Below are positions 57,301 through 64,000 of a stretch of DNA of 64,000 nucleotides, one piece after another; positions within the stretch are counted from its first letter, which is position 1, and every line of letters begins with the position of its first letter. Source of the stretch: Bacteroidetes bacterium GWF2_33_38 (lineage in GTDB: Bacteria > Bacteroidota > Bacteroidia > Bacteroidales > GWF2-33-38). Under the pieces are notes generated by a model that ran no database searches, had not been told where the DNA came from, and saw only the letters and a list, made by a program, of their open reading frames with translations. The stretch lies in the NCBI GenBank assembly GCA_001769505.1, contig MEOF01000050.1, forward strand, positions 8,962 to 72,961, given 5' to 3'. Both the position numbers and the translations under genes were made by a program.

Positions 57301-58732
57301 TATTTCCATCTTCGTCAGTATCTAAAATTCCATCATTATCACAATCTAAATCACAACCATCTGTGATTCCATCATCATCTGAATCGAAATTATATGTTAA
57401 ATGATAATACGAAACTGAACCACCATTGCTACCAGCAAGAGCATCGTTATTTTGTAAACCAACTGTTCCTAAATGATCTCCTGGTAAACCACCATTTGCG
57501 TTAACTGTAATTCCACTGGGAATTGAAGATAAATTATATAAAAATGCTCCTCCACCTCCACCACCGCCTGGTCCGTGTATAGTTGATGTATTTAAATCTT
57601 GACCATTTCCACCGTTAACTAAAACATTAAGAGTTGTAGAAAACGAAGTCATTTCAAATGCAACAGTACCGCCCGCACCACCGCCACCGCCACCATCAAT
57701 ACCCGCACCTGGTGCCGTAGGTGAAGTTCCTGAAGCATCTATAGTAAAACCATTTCCGATAACTTCGGCTGCACGAATTATAACAATTCCGCCACCATCA
57801 GCAGCTTCGGCCGGATTGTTATTAGTAATGAAACCACTACCACCAGCACCTCCAAAAAATATTCTATTTTCGGGTAAGTATGCAGCAAGTGTATTTCCTC
57901 CAACACCTCCACCCAAAATAGTAAAATCGCACCAACGATCACCACCACGACCACCAGCACCGTAGTTTCCACCACCGCCACCGCCGGAGTCCCCTGAAAC
58001 ACCGCCACCACCGCCATTAGCGTTTGGTGCACGACCACCAGTTGTTGCTCCGGATTGAATATAAACACCGTCCCCTTTTGGTGTTACATCATTTCCAGCA
58101 ACATAAGCTTTCATATATTGTGTTGTTGGATTAATTGAACAATTGTCAGGACTTCCATTAACTGTAACTTGTACTCCTTGATAGCCCATCCCTTTTACAT
58201 CAATATTTGCTTGAAAATCAACAGACCCTTCAACAAAAATTGCAACAATTCCTCCTTTTCCCGTAACGGCATCCCAAGGCGTAGCAGTTAAAGTACCAGT
58301 AATTATAACATTATGTGGATAATATGGAACTTTTACGACTTGAACCAATCCTAAATCATCATATGTTTTTTTCAAACGAGCTGATGGAGAAATATCATTG
58401 CTAGAAACTGACGCTATTTTGAAAATTTCATAATTACCTGCATTTCCAATTGCTGTTATCGATCCTCCTGCGGCAGAGTTTGTAGTGTTAATTGTAGCTC
58501 CTTTCATTTGAACAATCATGGCATAATCTCCAACGTTAAAAAGAGATCCATCATCAACAGTAATAACATTTAAACAAGGTGCAGAATGATCACAAGATGA
58601 ACAAACAGGAGTTACAATGGAAGATACTGAAGCGTAAGAATTTACAATGCCAGAAATGTTGGTAAATTGAGCAAACGAATTGTTCGCTATAATAAGCAAA
58701 AAAAATATTTTAAAGAAGAATAATTTTTTCAT
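51323..58732 (-). CDS. Giant T9SS-secreted protein: Gly-rich N-domain, thrombospondin-3-like DxDxDG repeats, two discoidin-like inserts, type A C-terminal sorting domain
   Basis: Signal peptide; dozens of DxDxDG motifs; LPIELISF...W.TASE.NND.F; LFPNP...GIY...KKLIIK. Confidence 0.9.
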   Translation of the reverse strand: MKKLFFFKIFFLLIIANNSFAQFTNISGIVNSYASVSSIVTPVCSSCDHSAPCLNVITVDDGSLFNVGDYAMIVQMKGATINTTNSAAGGSITAIGNAGNYEIFKIASVSSNDISPSARLKKTYDDLGLVQVVKVPYYPHNVIITGTLTATPWDAVTGKGGIVAIFVEGSVDFQANIDVKGMGYQGVQVTVNGSPDNCSINPTTQYMKAYVAGNDVTPKGDGVYIQSGATTGGRAPNANGGGGGVSGDSGGGGGGNYGAGGRGGDRWCDFTILGGGVGGNTLAAYLPENRIFFGGAGGSGFITNNNPAEAADGGGIVIIRAAEVIGNGFTIDASGTSPTAPGAGIDGGGGGGAGGTVAFEMTSFSTTLNVLVNGGNGQDLNTSTIHGPGGGGGGGAFLYNLSSIPSGITVNANGGLPGDHLGTVGLQNNDALAGSNGGSVSYYHLTYNFDSDDDGITDGCDLDCDNDGILDTDEDGNTGFDPSTDSDLDGVPNYWDNNDLTPGFPAFVDVDGDGVNDKYDYDKDGIPDFLDLDTDNDGIFDVTECGGTDTNKDGIIGSALIITDTDADGLSDIVDADDGGTPLTLINSDGDARADFEDIDTGNDGIPDVYETTTATLPSGVDTDRDGIDDEYEIFLGGTPNTEQDTDGDGKNDFIDQDSDNDGIADYIECGGAEPLGTDTDGDGIDNRYDVDITLGTDANSDGIDDAFLPTDVDSDGLYNIVDTDSDNDGVIDNIEAQSTAGYRDPLGVDTDNDGLDDEYDTDNAGTEITLVDTDSDGDYDFQDTNSDNDFLSDLVECYDTDDDGVSNTLATGVDTDGDGLDNAFDGNVGYNATDGGELPTDYPNVVIPLTAERDWREVDTDRDGYLDSLDDDKDNDGITDAVEGIADTDGDGVSDYLDLDSDNDGLPDIVEAGGTDADNNGMVDGFADVNLNGIHDSYDIECVGALISTKYSDSQTNSGVTNPNNALGAMDASYAVLDNNGDVLTLHLPDILPINTIVSIRSVMIVSAGGPGAIIPGYTVEQSLDGLAWSNSSARTNNSTTAATSTYTILVATARYIRFTRTAGNKRNLGIDAIWYDYSQVATCGGTVGTALSIPDFDVDGVSNYLDADSDDDGVADAYETNQSTIFTGVDTDNDGIDDIFDADQSGSFSLFTNVDGDGESNHLDLDSDDDGILDYVENSWLTPAVNDADGDGIDDGFDGDLTGGTDSDAYGIDDMAKPLDTDGDGIFNVYDIDSDNDGIIDNVEAQATVGYISPANADADGDGIDNAYEAGGLTPEDTDGDGTSDFMDLDSDNDAIIDAVEGYDTNGDGTAETLAAGSDADNDGLDDNFDDVVGFDPTDGSELATDFPDVITPGADRDWREAGDTDSDGIFNSADLDDDNDGISDIVEGMADTDSDGIIDGIDLDSDNDGIPDLVEAGGVDIDGDGKVDNFVDVNGNGVSDVYDIECIGAIAISDDADSQTNSGVTNPNNALGVMDASNAVLDNNGDVLTLHLPDILPINTIVSIRSVMIVSAGGPGAVVPGYIVEQSLDGTSWSNSSARTNNNTTAATSTYTILLENAQYIRFTRTAGNKRNLGIDAIWYSITQIATCGGTLGTAIPNLDSDADGVKNSIDLDSDNDGLTDIIEASGIDADNDGKVDAFTDTDNDGYSDNYDGDVGNDGTSENSANALLLTGIDAGSDGIPDSYPNANFDSDSKPDFIDVDTDNDGVNDAFETTTATFKDGLDTDGDGIDDAFETAFNTYLDSDGDGLFDVYDIDSDNDGSPEYIEGFGTAPTGIDADSDGIDNRFDVTLTGGTDADSDGIDDNANPADSDNDGIYNTSDADSDDDGIIDIIESQTSAGYVAPTGTDTDNDGLDDGYDSDNGGITISPIDTDSDGTNDYLDTDSDGDGLSDTKETTSSISSGTDTDNDGIDDNFDAVVGFSVDNGGDIPTNFPNLDLPLTPELDWREAKDSDADGLANSLDVDDDNDGILDINEGAGDTDSDGIMDSVDLDGDNDGIPDLVEASGVDTDGDGIVDNLTDTDGDGLVDIYDTDNGGDNITNSDFDGDGIFNIYDLDSDADGIPDIVEAIGTDANNNAKVDFFTDANNNGYHDSYEGLTSLTITGADTDANGIPNTYPNANTDGTGSLNFLDIDADDDGITDNTEYRASTSYVAPSNSDDNSNGIDNSYDNAAKAIVTVNDTDADGIPDFRDDDSDGDGTNDIIEGHDTNGDGVVNGSDSPNANTGLPTGIDSDNDGLDDGFDNNIGIKLATNSGMTPLFHPNVTSPTTELDWRKDPADILPIELISFNASVNFQNVDLTWTTASEHNNDYFVVQRTQNLIDFEDIATIDGAGNSNEMLNYSATDESPLEGTSYYMLKQVDFDGKFTFSEYVAVTFENKSEINVRLFPNPVESGETVFFEFAGLQEEKEVLVVVLDIYGKEVYSKVNILGCCENALVAIDTQNKLAPGIYLVIGTSDNKIYSKKLIIK
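53950..54400 (-). repeat. Intragenic duplicated domain, copy 2
   Basis: Near-identical to 55470-55915 (DSQTNSGVTNPNNALG...YIRFTRTAGNKRNLGIDAIWY). Confidence 0.9.
55470..55915 (-). repeat. Intragenic duplicated domain, copy 1
   Basis: Near-identical to 53950-54400. Confidence 0.9.
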
Positions 58733-58994
58733 GACTCACAATACACAATTATTTTGGTACAAAGATACTTAAATCTAGAGTGCTTGTACGTAATTTTTAT
58801 AAAAAAGTTACAAAAAAGAGAATCGCATGTTTTTTTATATTAACAAATAATTAACAGTTTATCAAATGCTTATGTTAATTGCCAAATAGTGTTATACAAT
58901 ATATTCACATATATGCAGAAATGTATAACATATTGCAATATAGTTGCATTTTTCCATGAAATTTTAAGGAAGCAAAAAGGAAGCATTTAAAATT

Positions 58995-61148
58995 TTATTC
59001 AAATCTTACTCCCATAATTAGAATATCGTCGATTTGTTCTAAGTCTCCTTTCCACTGTTCAAAAGATTCGATTAGCATTTCTTTTTGTTCAAACATTGGT
59101 AGGTGACAGTTTTTAACTAGTAATTGTTTTAGTTGCTTGTATTTGAATTTTTTTCCTTGTTTACCACCAAACTGGTCGGCAATACCATCACTGAATAAGT
59201 AAACAATATCAGAGGGTTCTATTTTTAGAGTGTGATTTGTGTATTTTTCCATCTTATCGTAAATAGATATTGGCATTTTATCACCTTTGACTTCGTCAAG
59301 TTGAAAGTTAAAAGTTGAAAGTTCATCAAGTATAGTATTTTCTTCATTTTTCACTTTTATCTTTTCACTTTTCACTACATATAGCGGGTTATTTGCTCCA
59401 GCAAAATCGAGCGTTTTGTTTGATTTATCATAAACACATAGAGAAATATCCATTCCATCTTTTGCTTCGCCTTCTTTACCAGTTTGATGCAATGAAAGTA
59501 CAATGTTTTTTCGAAGTTGGTCGAGAATTTCTCCTGCGTTTAGAAATGTATTGTTGTTTACAATTTCGTTTAAAGATGTAATCCCAAGCATGCTCATAAA
59601 TGCCCCTGGAACACCGTGTCCAGTTGAGTCGGCAACACAAAATATGATTTTATTATTTACTTCCTTCATCCAATAAAAATCGCCACTCACAATGTCTCTC
59701 GGCTTAAAATAAATAAAGTGATTGGGTAAGATTGTACTTATAAATTCTTGTTGAGGAAGAATAGCGTTTTGAATTCTTTTTGCATAGTGAATGCTATCGG
59801 TGATTTCTTGTTTTTGATCCAAAATAGTATCTCGTTGTTTAGTAACAAAATCACGCTGAGATTCGATTTCATCACGTTGAGCTGATATTTCTTCTTTTTG
59901 TTGTGAAATTTCGGAGGTTCTGATTTTGACTAATTTTTCAAGTTCTTCATTAATTTTTTCTTTATTGATTCGAAACCGGTCTGAAGCCGCAAACGATAAT
60001 AAAATTACTTCGGTTACAAATCCGAGCTTAACGCCATATCCTGTAATTACGTTTGAGGGGAGTATTCCCATATTTCGCATTACATAAACTATAACTCCAA
60101 CCATAAGAACGAAAAACGAAATCAAGAAAAACTTTGAGCCGTAAACTTTTTTCCGAAAAGCAAGGATGGCAATTACAATTATCGAAACAATTGTTAAAAA
60201 CGAAAGAAGATTTGCTGCTAATACGGCGTATTTTCTAATAGGAGCTCCGATAAAAGAAGAAATAATTAAAATTGAAGCCAGAGTTAATAATGATTTCAAC
60301 GTAATGTCAACTCCTTTTGTTAATTTGTCCGATTTCAAAAAGTCTTTAGTGAAAAGTATGAGAAAAAAATTTGAAACAGAGACAAAAAAGATGGTCGATT
60401 TATCAGCCCAGACAGGAAAATTCGGCCAAAATAGTTGAAAAGAAAGACCATCAGAATTTGCAATAAAAAGAGCAAGAGTAATTACATATATTGAATAAAA
60501 GATATAAAGCCGTTCTCTTATGGTGACATACAGAAAACTGTTAAAAATAATCACGAAGATCAATAATCCATAAAAGAAGCCCTTTATTAGTAAATCCATT
60601 GAATCGCGACTAATAAATGCTTGGTAAGAAGTAAGTCGCATAGGAAGCAATAAAGTTTCGCCGCTATTATAAATTTTCGCTATGTATGTGTATTGACTTT
60701 TAGGGTCTAGTTTTAAATTAAAAACATAATCGCGATGTTGTAAATCACGAGTGTTAAATATTTCTAACTCTCCGGTGTGAAAATCTTTTAATAGCTTGGT
60801 TTCTTTAATTTGGTAAAAATCGATATGATTTATAAAAGGATAGCTCAGAGAAAAAAGTAAGCTTCTAACCTCATTGCTTGAATTATTTACAGCAAATTTA
60901 ATCCAATACGCTGACTCTGTAACTCCTAAATTCACGTTTGAAGACTTATTTAATGTAAACTTTCCATCAGAAAACAAAAGCACTTGTTCAATTTCAAACG
61001 AATTATTTTTGTCTTCGAATAAATATAAATATTCGGTTACATTGTAATCGGGAATTTCGGCGTCTGTTAAAATGATTTCATTTTCTGCATAAGTTGCACT
61101 TATAACAGAAAAAAATAATATAAATATACAAAATTTAGCAATCGTCAT
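58995..61148 (-). CDS. 7TM-DISM sensor with coiled coil and SpoIIE/PP2C phosphatase
   Basis: Extracellular domain with YWIKF, about seven TM helices, SGDFYW, ADSTGHGVPG, FSDG, DDI. Confidence 0.92.
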   Translation of the reverse strand: MTIAKFCIFILFFSVISATYAENEIILTDAEIPDYNVTEYLYLFEDKNNSFEIEQVLLFSDGKFTLNKSSNVNLGVTESAYWIKFAVNNSSNEVRSLLFSLSYPFINHIDFYQIKETKLLKDFHTGELEIFNTRDLQHRDYVFNLKLDPKSQYTYIAKIYNSGETLLLPMRLTSYQAFISRDSMDLLIKGFFYGLLIFVIIFNSFLYVTIRERLYIFYSIYVITLALFIANSDGLSFQLFWPNFPVWADKSTIFFVSVSNFFLILFTKDFLKSDKLTKGVDITLKSLLTLASILIISSFIGAPIRKYAVLAANLLSFLTIVSIIVIAILAFRKKVYGSKFFLISFFVLMVGVIVYVMRNMGILPSNVITGYGVKLGFVTEVILLSFAASDRFRINKEKINEELEKLVKIRTSEISQQKEEISAQRDEIESQRDFVTKQRDTILDQKQEITDSIHYAKRIQNAILPQQEFISTILPNHFIYFKPRDIVSGDFYWMKEVNNKIIFCVADSTGHGVPGAFMSMLGITSLNEIVNNNTFLNAGEILDQLRKNIVLSLHQTGKEGEAKDGMDISLCVYDKSNKTLDFAGANNPLYVVKSEKIKVKNEENTILDELSTFNFQLDEVKGDKMPISIYDKMEKYTNHTLKIEPSDIVYLFSDGIADQFGGKQGKKFKYKQLKQLLVKNCHLPMFEQKEMLIESFEQWKGDLEQIDDILIMGVRFE

Positions 61149-61157
61149 TTCAGTTTT

Positions 61158-63401
61158 TTAAAAACGAATTCCCAATATTAAAATATCATCAATTTGGTCA
61201 AGGTCGCCTCGCCAACTTTTAATTGTATTGTTTAGAATAATTTTTTGTTCTGACATTGGCAAATGGCAATTATCAATAAACAATTTTTTAAATTGATTGT
61301 ATTTGAATTTCTTTTTTCTTGAGCCTCCAAATTGGTCTGCATACCCATCGGAAAATAAGTAAATTGTGTCGGATTTTTGCAAATTAATAAGATGGTTTGT
61401 GTATTTATCCATTTTTTCATAAAGACCTATTGGCATTTTATCTCCTTTTAGTTCATAAAGTTGAAAGTTAGATTCCTCATATTCGTTCGGAATGACAGGA
61501 GAATCGTTCGAAATTATATCGAATTTATTACTTGATAAACTTTTAACTTTTAACTTTTCATTTTTAACTATGTAAAGAGGATTGTTTGCTCCGGCGAATT
61601 CCATTTTGCTATTTTCAAAATCAATTACACAAAGACTAATATCCATCCCATCGCGAGCTTCTCCTTCTACTCCTTTTTGGTGAAGAGAGTTAATTACTTT
61701 ATTGCGAAGTTCGTCCAAAATTTCAGCAGGATTAAGAATCGTTAATTGGCTTGCAATCTCGTTTAAAAATGTAATCCCGAGCATACTCATAAATGCACCA
61801 GGGACTCCATGTCCAGTACAATCGGCAACTGCAACAATTACTTTATTTTCTTTACGCGAAATCCAATAAAAATCACCGCTAACAATATCTCTAGGGATAT
61901 TTAGAATAAAAAAATCTTTAAGAATTTCTTCAATAGAATCATTGGGAGGTAAAACGGCTTGTTGAATTCTACTTGCATACAATATACTATCGGTAATTTC
62001 CTGCTTTTGCTTTTGAAGAAGATGATTTGCTTTCTTTTTCTGAATAAATAATCGGAACAGCATTGAAAGAAATATCAAAATTAATATAGCTCCAAAAACA
62101 ATTGCATTCATTATGATTCTTTGTCTTTCGATTTGATTCTGTTTTTTGTCTATTTCGATTTGATTTTCGCGTTCGAGTTTTTCGGTTTCGTATTTAGTCG
62201 TTATTTCTGCAAATTTTACGTAATTAAAAATAGAATCTTTTAATGTTATATATTTTTGATAATTTATTAGTGCTTTTTCAAAATCGCCTTTTGATTTATA
62301 CACATTGGCAAAAGAACTGAATAAATTCATTTGCATGTCGATTGCTTCTAGTTCCTCGGACAAGGTTAAGCTCATTGAAAAATATTCAATCGCTTTTTCA
62401 TAGTCTCCTGTTTCGTCGTAAACTGTTCCTATTCGATGATAAGAGTTGGCTAGCCCTTTTCTATTTCCTATTTCTTGCTGAACATTTACGGCAAATTCGT
62501 AATATTCGAGAGCTTTTGTAAAATGCTTTTTCTTTTGATTTATTTCGCCTATGTTATTTAACGACGACGACATTCCAAGTTTATCGCCAACAGATTCTTG
62601 CAAATCGAATGCTTTTAAATAATATTCCAATGCCAAGTCGTAATTATTCATGAATTTATATACCTCGCCAATGTTGTGAAACGAGGTCGAAATCCCATTG
62701 TTATCTTTAATTTTTTGCCTTATTCCGAGCGATTTGTTATAGTTTTCCAATGCCTTTTCATAATTGTTCCATTTGAAATAAATCTCGCCTATATTATTGA
62801 GTGAATTTGCAATTCCGTGTTCGTCATTGAGTTCTTCTTTGATTCTCAATGAGCGCTTGTAGTAGTCTAATGCCTTTTCGTAATTGTTCCAATTCAAATA
62901 CAATACGCCCATATTTTGTAACGATGCTGCAATTCCGCTTTTATTTCCAATTGATTCGTCAATTTCTAATGCACGTTGAAAATATTGAAGAGCGGTTTCG
63001 TATTCACCCCAATTTTTGTAAATTATTCCAATATTATTGTTCGATGAAGAAATCCCTTGCAAATCATTAATTTCTTCAAAATATTTTAAGGCTTCTCGAA
63101 AATAATCTAAGGTTTTTTCAAAATTTCCTCTGAAATAATACGATTTCCCAATATTTTTAATCGACTCGGCGATTTTTTTCTTGTCATTGAGTTTTATGGC
63201 GATTTTTTTTGCCTCTTGGGCATATTCTTCGGCTTTTATAGGAGAGATTGAAAAGTACGTTGTAGCCAGTTCATTTAAGATATCTACTTTTTGATTGTCC
63301 GTTGATTTATTAATTAAATTTTCAAGACTATCAATTGAATTATTGGCTATTGTTTGAGCAGCCAACAAATAAAGAAGAGTAAAAAATAATAATCGTGTCA
63401 T
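61158..63401 (-). CDS. TPR-repeat sensor with TM and SpoIIE/PP2C phosphatase
   Basis: Repeated NNIG..Y...YEKAL, one TM, SGDFYW, ADCTGHGVPG, FSDG; start placed at MTRLL. Confidence 0.92.
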   Translation of the reverse strand: MTRLLFFTLLYLLAAQTIANNSIDSLENLINKSTDNQKVDILNELATTYFSISPIKAEEYAQEAKKIAIKLNDKKKIAESIKNIGKSYYFRGNFEKTLDYFREALKYFEEINDLQGISSSNNNIGIIYKNWGEYETALQYFQRALEIDESIGNKSGIAASLQNMGVLYLNWNNYEKALDYYKRSLRIKEELNDEHGIANSLNNIGEIYFKWNNYEKALENYNKSLGIRQKIKDNNGISTSFHNIGEVYKFMNNYDLALEYYLKAFDLQESVGDKLGMSSSLNNIGEINQKKKHFTKALEYYEFAVNVQQEIGNRKGLANSYHRIGTVYDETGDYEKAIEYFSMSLTLSEELEAIDMQMNLFSSFANVYKSKGDFEKALINYQKYITLKDSIFNYVKFAEITTKYETEKLERENQIEIDKKQNQIERQRIIMNAIVFGAILILIFLSMLFRLFIQKKKANHLLQKQKQEITDSILYASRIQQAVLPPNDSIEEILKDFFILNIPRDIVSGDFYWISRKENKVIVAVADCTGHGVPGAFMSMLGITFLNEIASQLTILNPAEILDELRNKVINSLHQKGVEGEARDGMDISLCVIDFENSKMEFAGANNPLYIVKNEKLKVKSLSSNKFDIISNDSPVIPNEYEESNFQLYELKGDKMPIGLYEKMDKYTNHLINLQKSDTIYLFSDGYADQFGGSRKKKFKYNQFKKLFIDNCHLPMSEQKIILNNTIKSWRGDLDQIDDILILGIRF

Positions 63402-63455
63402 ATTACAAATATATGAATTTGACACGATTATCAATGATTTTTTATTAAAAATGAA

Positions 63456-63905
63456 TTATCGCTGGTCTTCGGCGAACCATTCGGCGTATGATGATGGGGT
63501 TTCGTATAATCTGATGCTAAATAAATTTACTGATTTAGGAAGCGTTTGTTTCAAAATTTCAGCAAAATGGATTACAAAATTTTCACAGGTAGGTTGGTAA
63601 TTCAATGTTTCGAATCGCTCAAACATTTGATCTGTTTCAAGTATGTTTTTGATTTCTGCTTTATTATTTACAAATAACGTGTGATCGAATCGATTGACTA
63701 TATTTTCTATTACAATTTTTTTCAAATCTCCAAAATCGATTACCATTCCTAATTTTACATCATTCTCATTTTCAATTGGTTCTCCAAGAACGGTTACGAA
63801 AAGTCGATACGAATGACCATGTACATTTTTGCACTTTCCATCATAGTTCCACAAAGCATGGGCGGATTCAAAACCGAATTCTTTTGTAACTCGAATTTTT
63901 GTCAT
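63456..63905 (-). CDS. queD: 6-carboxy-5,6,7,8-tetrahydropterin synthase
   Basis: FESAH, C.N.HGHSY, DFGDLK, FDH, PTCEN, ETP. Confidence 0.95.
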   Translation of the reverse strand: MTKIRVTKEFGFESAHALWNYDGKCKNVHGHSYRLFVTVLGEPIENENDVKLGMVIDFGDLKKIVIENIVNRFDHTLFVNNKAEIKNILETDQMFERFETLNYQPTCENFVIHFAEILKQTLPKSVNLFSIRLYETPSSYAEWFAEDQR

Positions 63906-64000
63906 TTATTTCACTTGTTTGCACATACTCAAGCAATTTATAATATTGCTCAAACTCTCGTGTTTTAAGTAATAATAGGTGTTTTTTCCATCTCTTTTCG
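63906..64000 (-). CDS. C-terminal fragment of a probable ArsR/SmtB-family regulator, truncated by window edge
   Basis: Manual translation ...KRDGKNTYYYLKHESLSNIINCLSMCKQVK*, resembling an ArsR wing and final helix. Confidence 0.55.
   Translation of the reverse strand, partial: KRDGKNTYYYLKHESLSNIINCLSMCKQVK

Noticed and set aside
51480-58068. Ser/Pro-rich + strand ORFs and short alternate-frame ORFs inside the giant gene
   Set aside because: Shadows of the Asp/Gly repeat codons

Overview
AT-rich chromosomal window from a Bacteroidota (probably Bacteroidales-like) bacterium, judged from TAnnTTTG-type promoters, a T9SS cargo protein and the Bacteroidota-style dcw cluster. 1-9.3 kb: accessory signalling cluster with three tandem paralogous receiver proteins, an Hpt, two PAS histidine kinases, a REC-PP2C, CsbD and an L,D-transpeptidase; three of its promoters share a fixed-spacing tandem-repeat motif. 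9.3-11.2 kb: islet at the 3' end of tRNA-Ser(GCT) carrying an orphan ORF with a caspase-like His/Cys dyad. 11.2-42 kb: housekeeping genes (M64 peptidase, MscS, TsaC, glycosyltransferases, dapD, mraZ-ftsZ cluster, amino-lipid acyltransferases, dnaB). 42-50 kb: polysulfide/thiosulfate reductase psrABC, two YeeE/YedE transporters and three exported rhodanese proteins that all end in a flexible Ser/Lys-rich arm with an identical VQGGCS-stop tip, resembling the SoxY swinging arm. This is the best candidate for an undescribed system. 50-64 kb: Omp28-like lipoprotein, a 2469-aa Asp-rich T9SS protein with a duplicated Cys-bracketed insert domain, two membrane PP2C phosphatases, queD and a partial ArsR gene. 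A composite element of 7/8/9-nt repeat modules in conserved order recurs between genes, and related units occur in frame inside two PP2C genes. No CRISPR array, rRNA or intact transposase/integrase was seen. All calls come from reading motifs by eye; no database searches were run.
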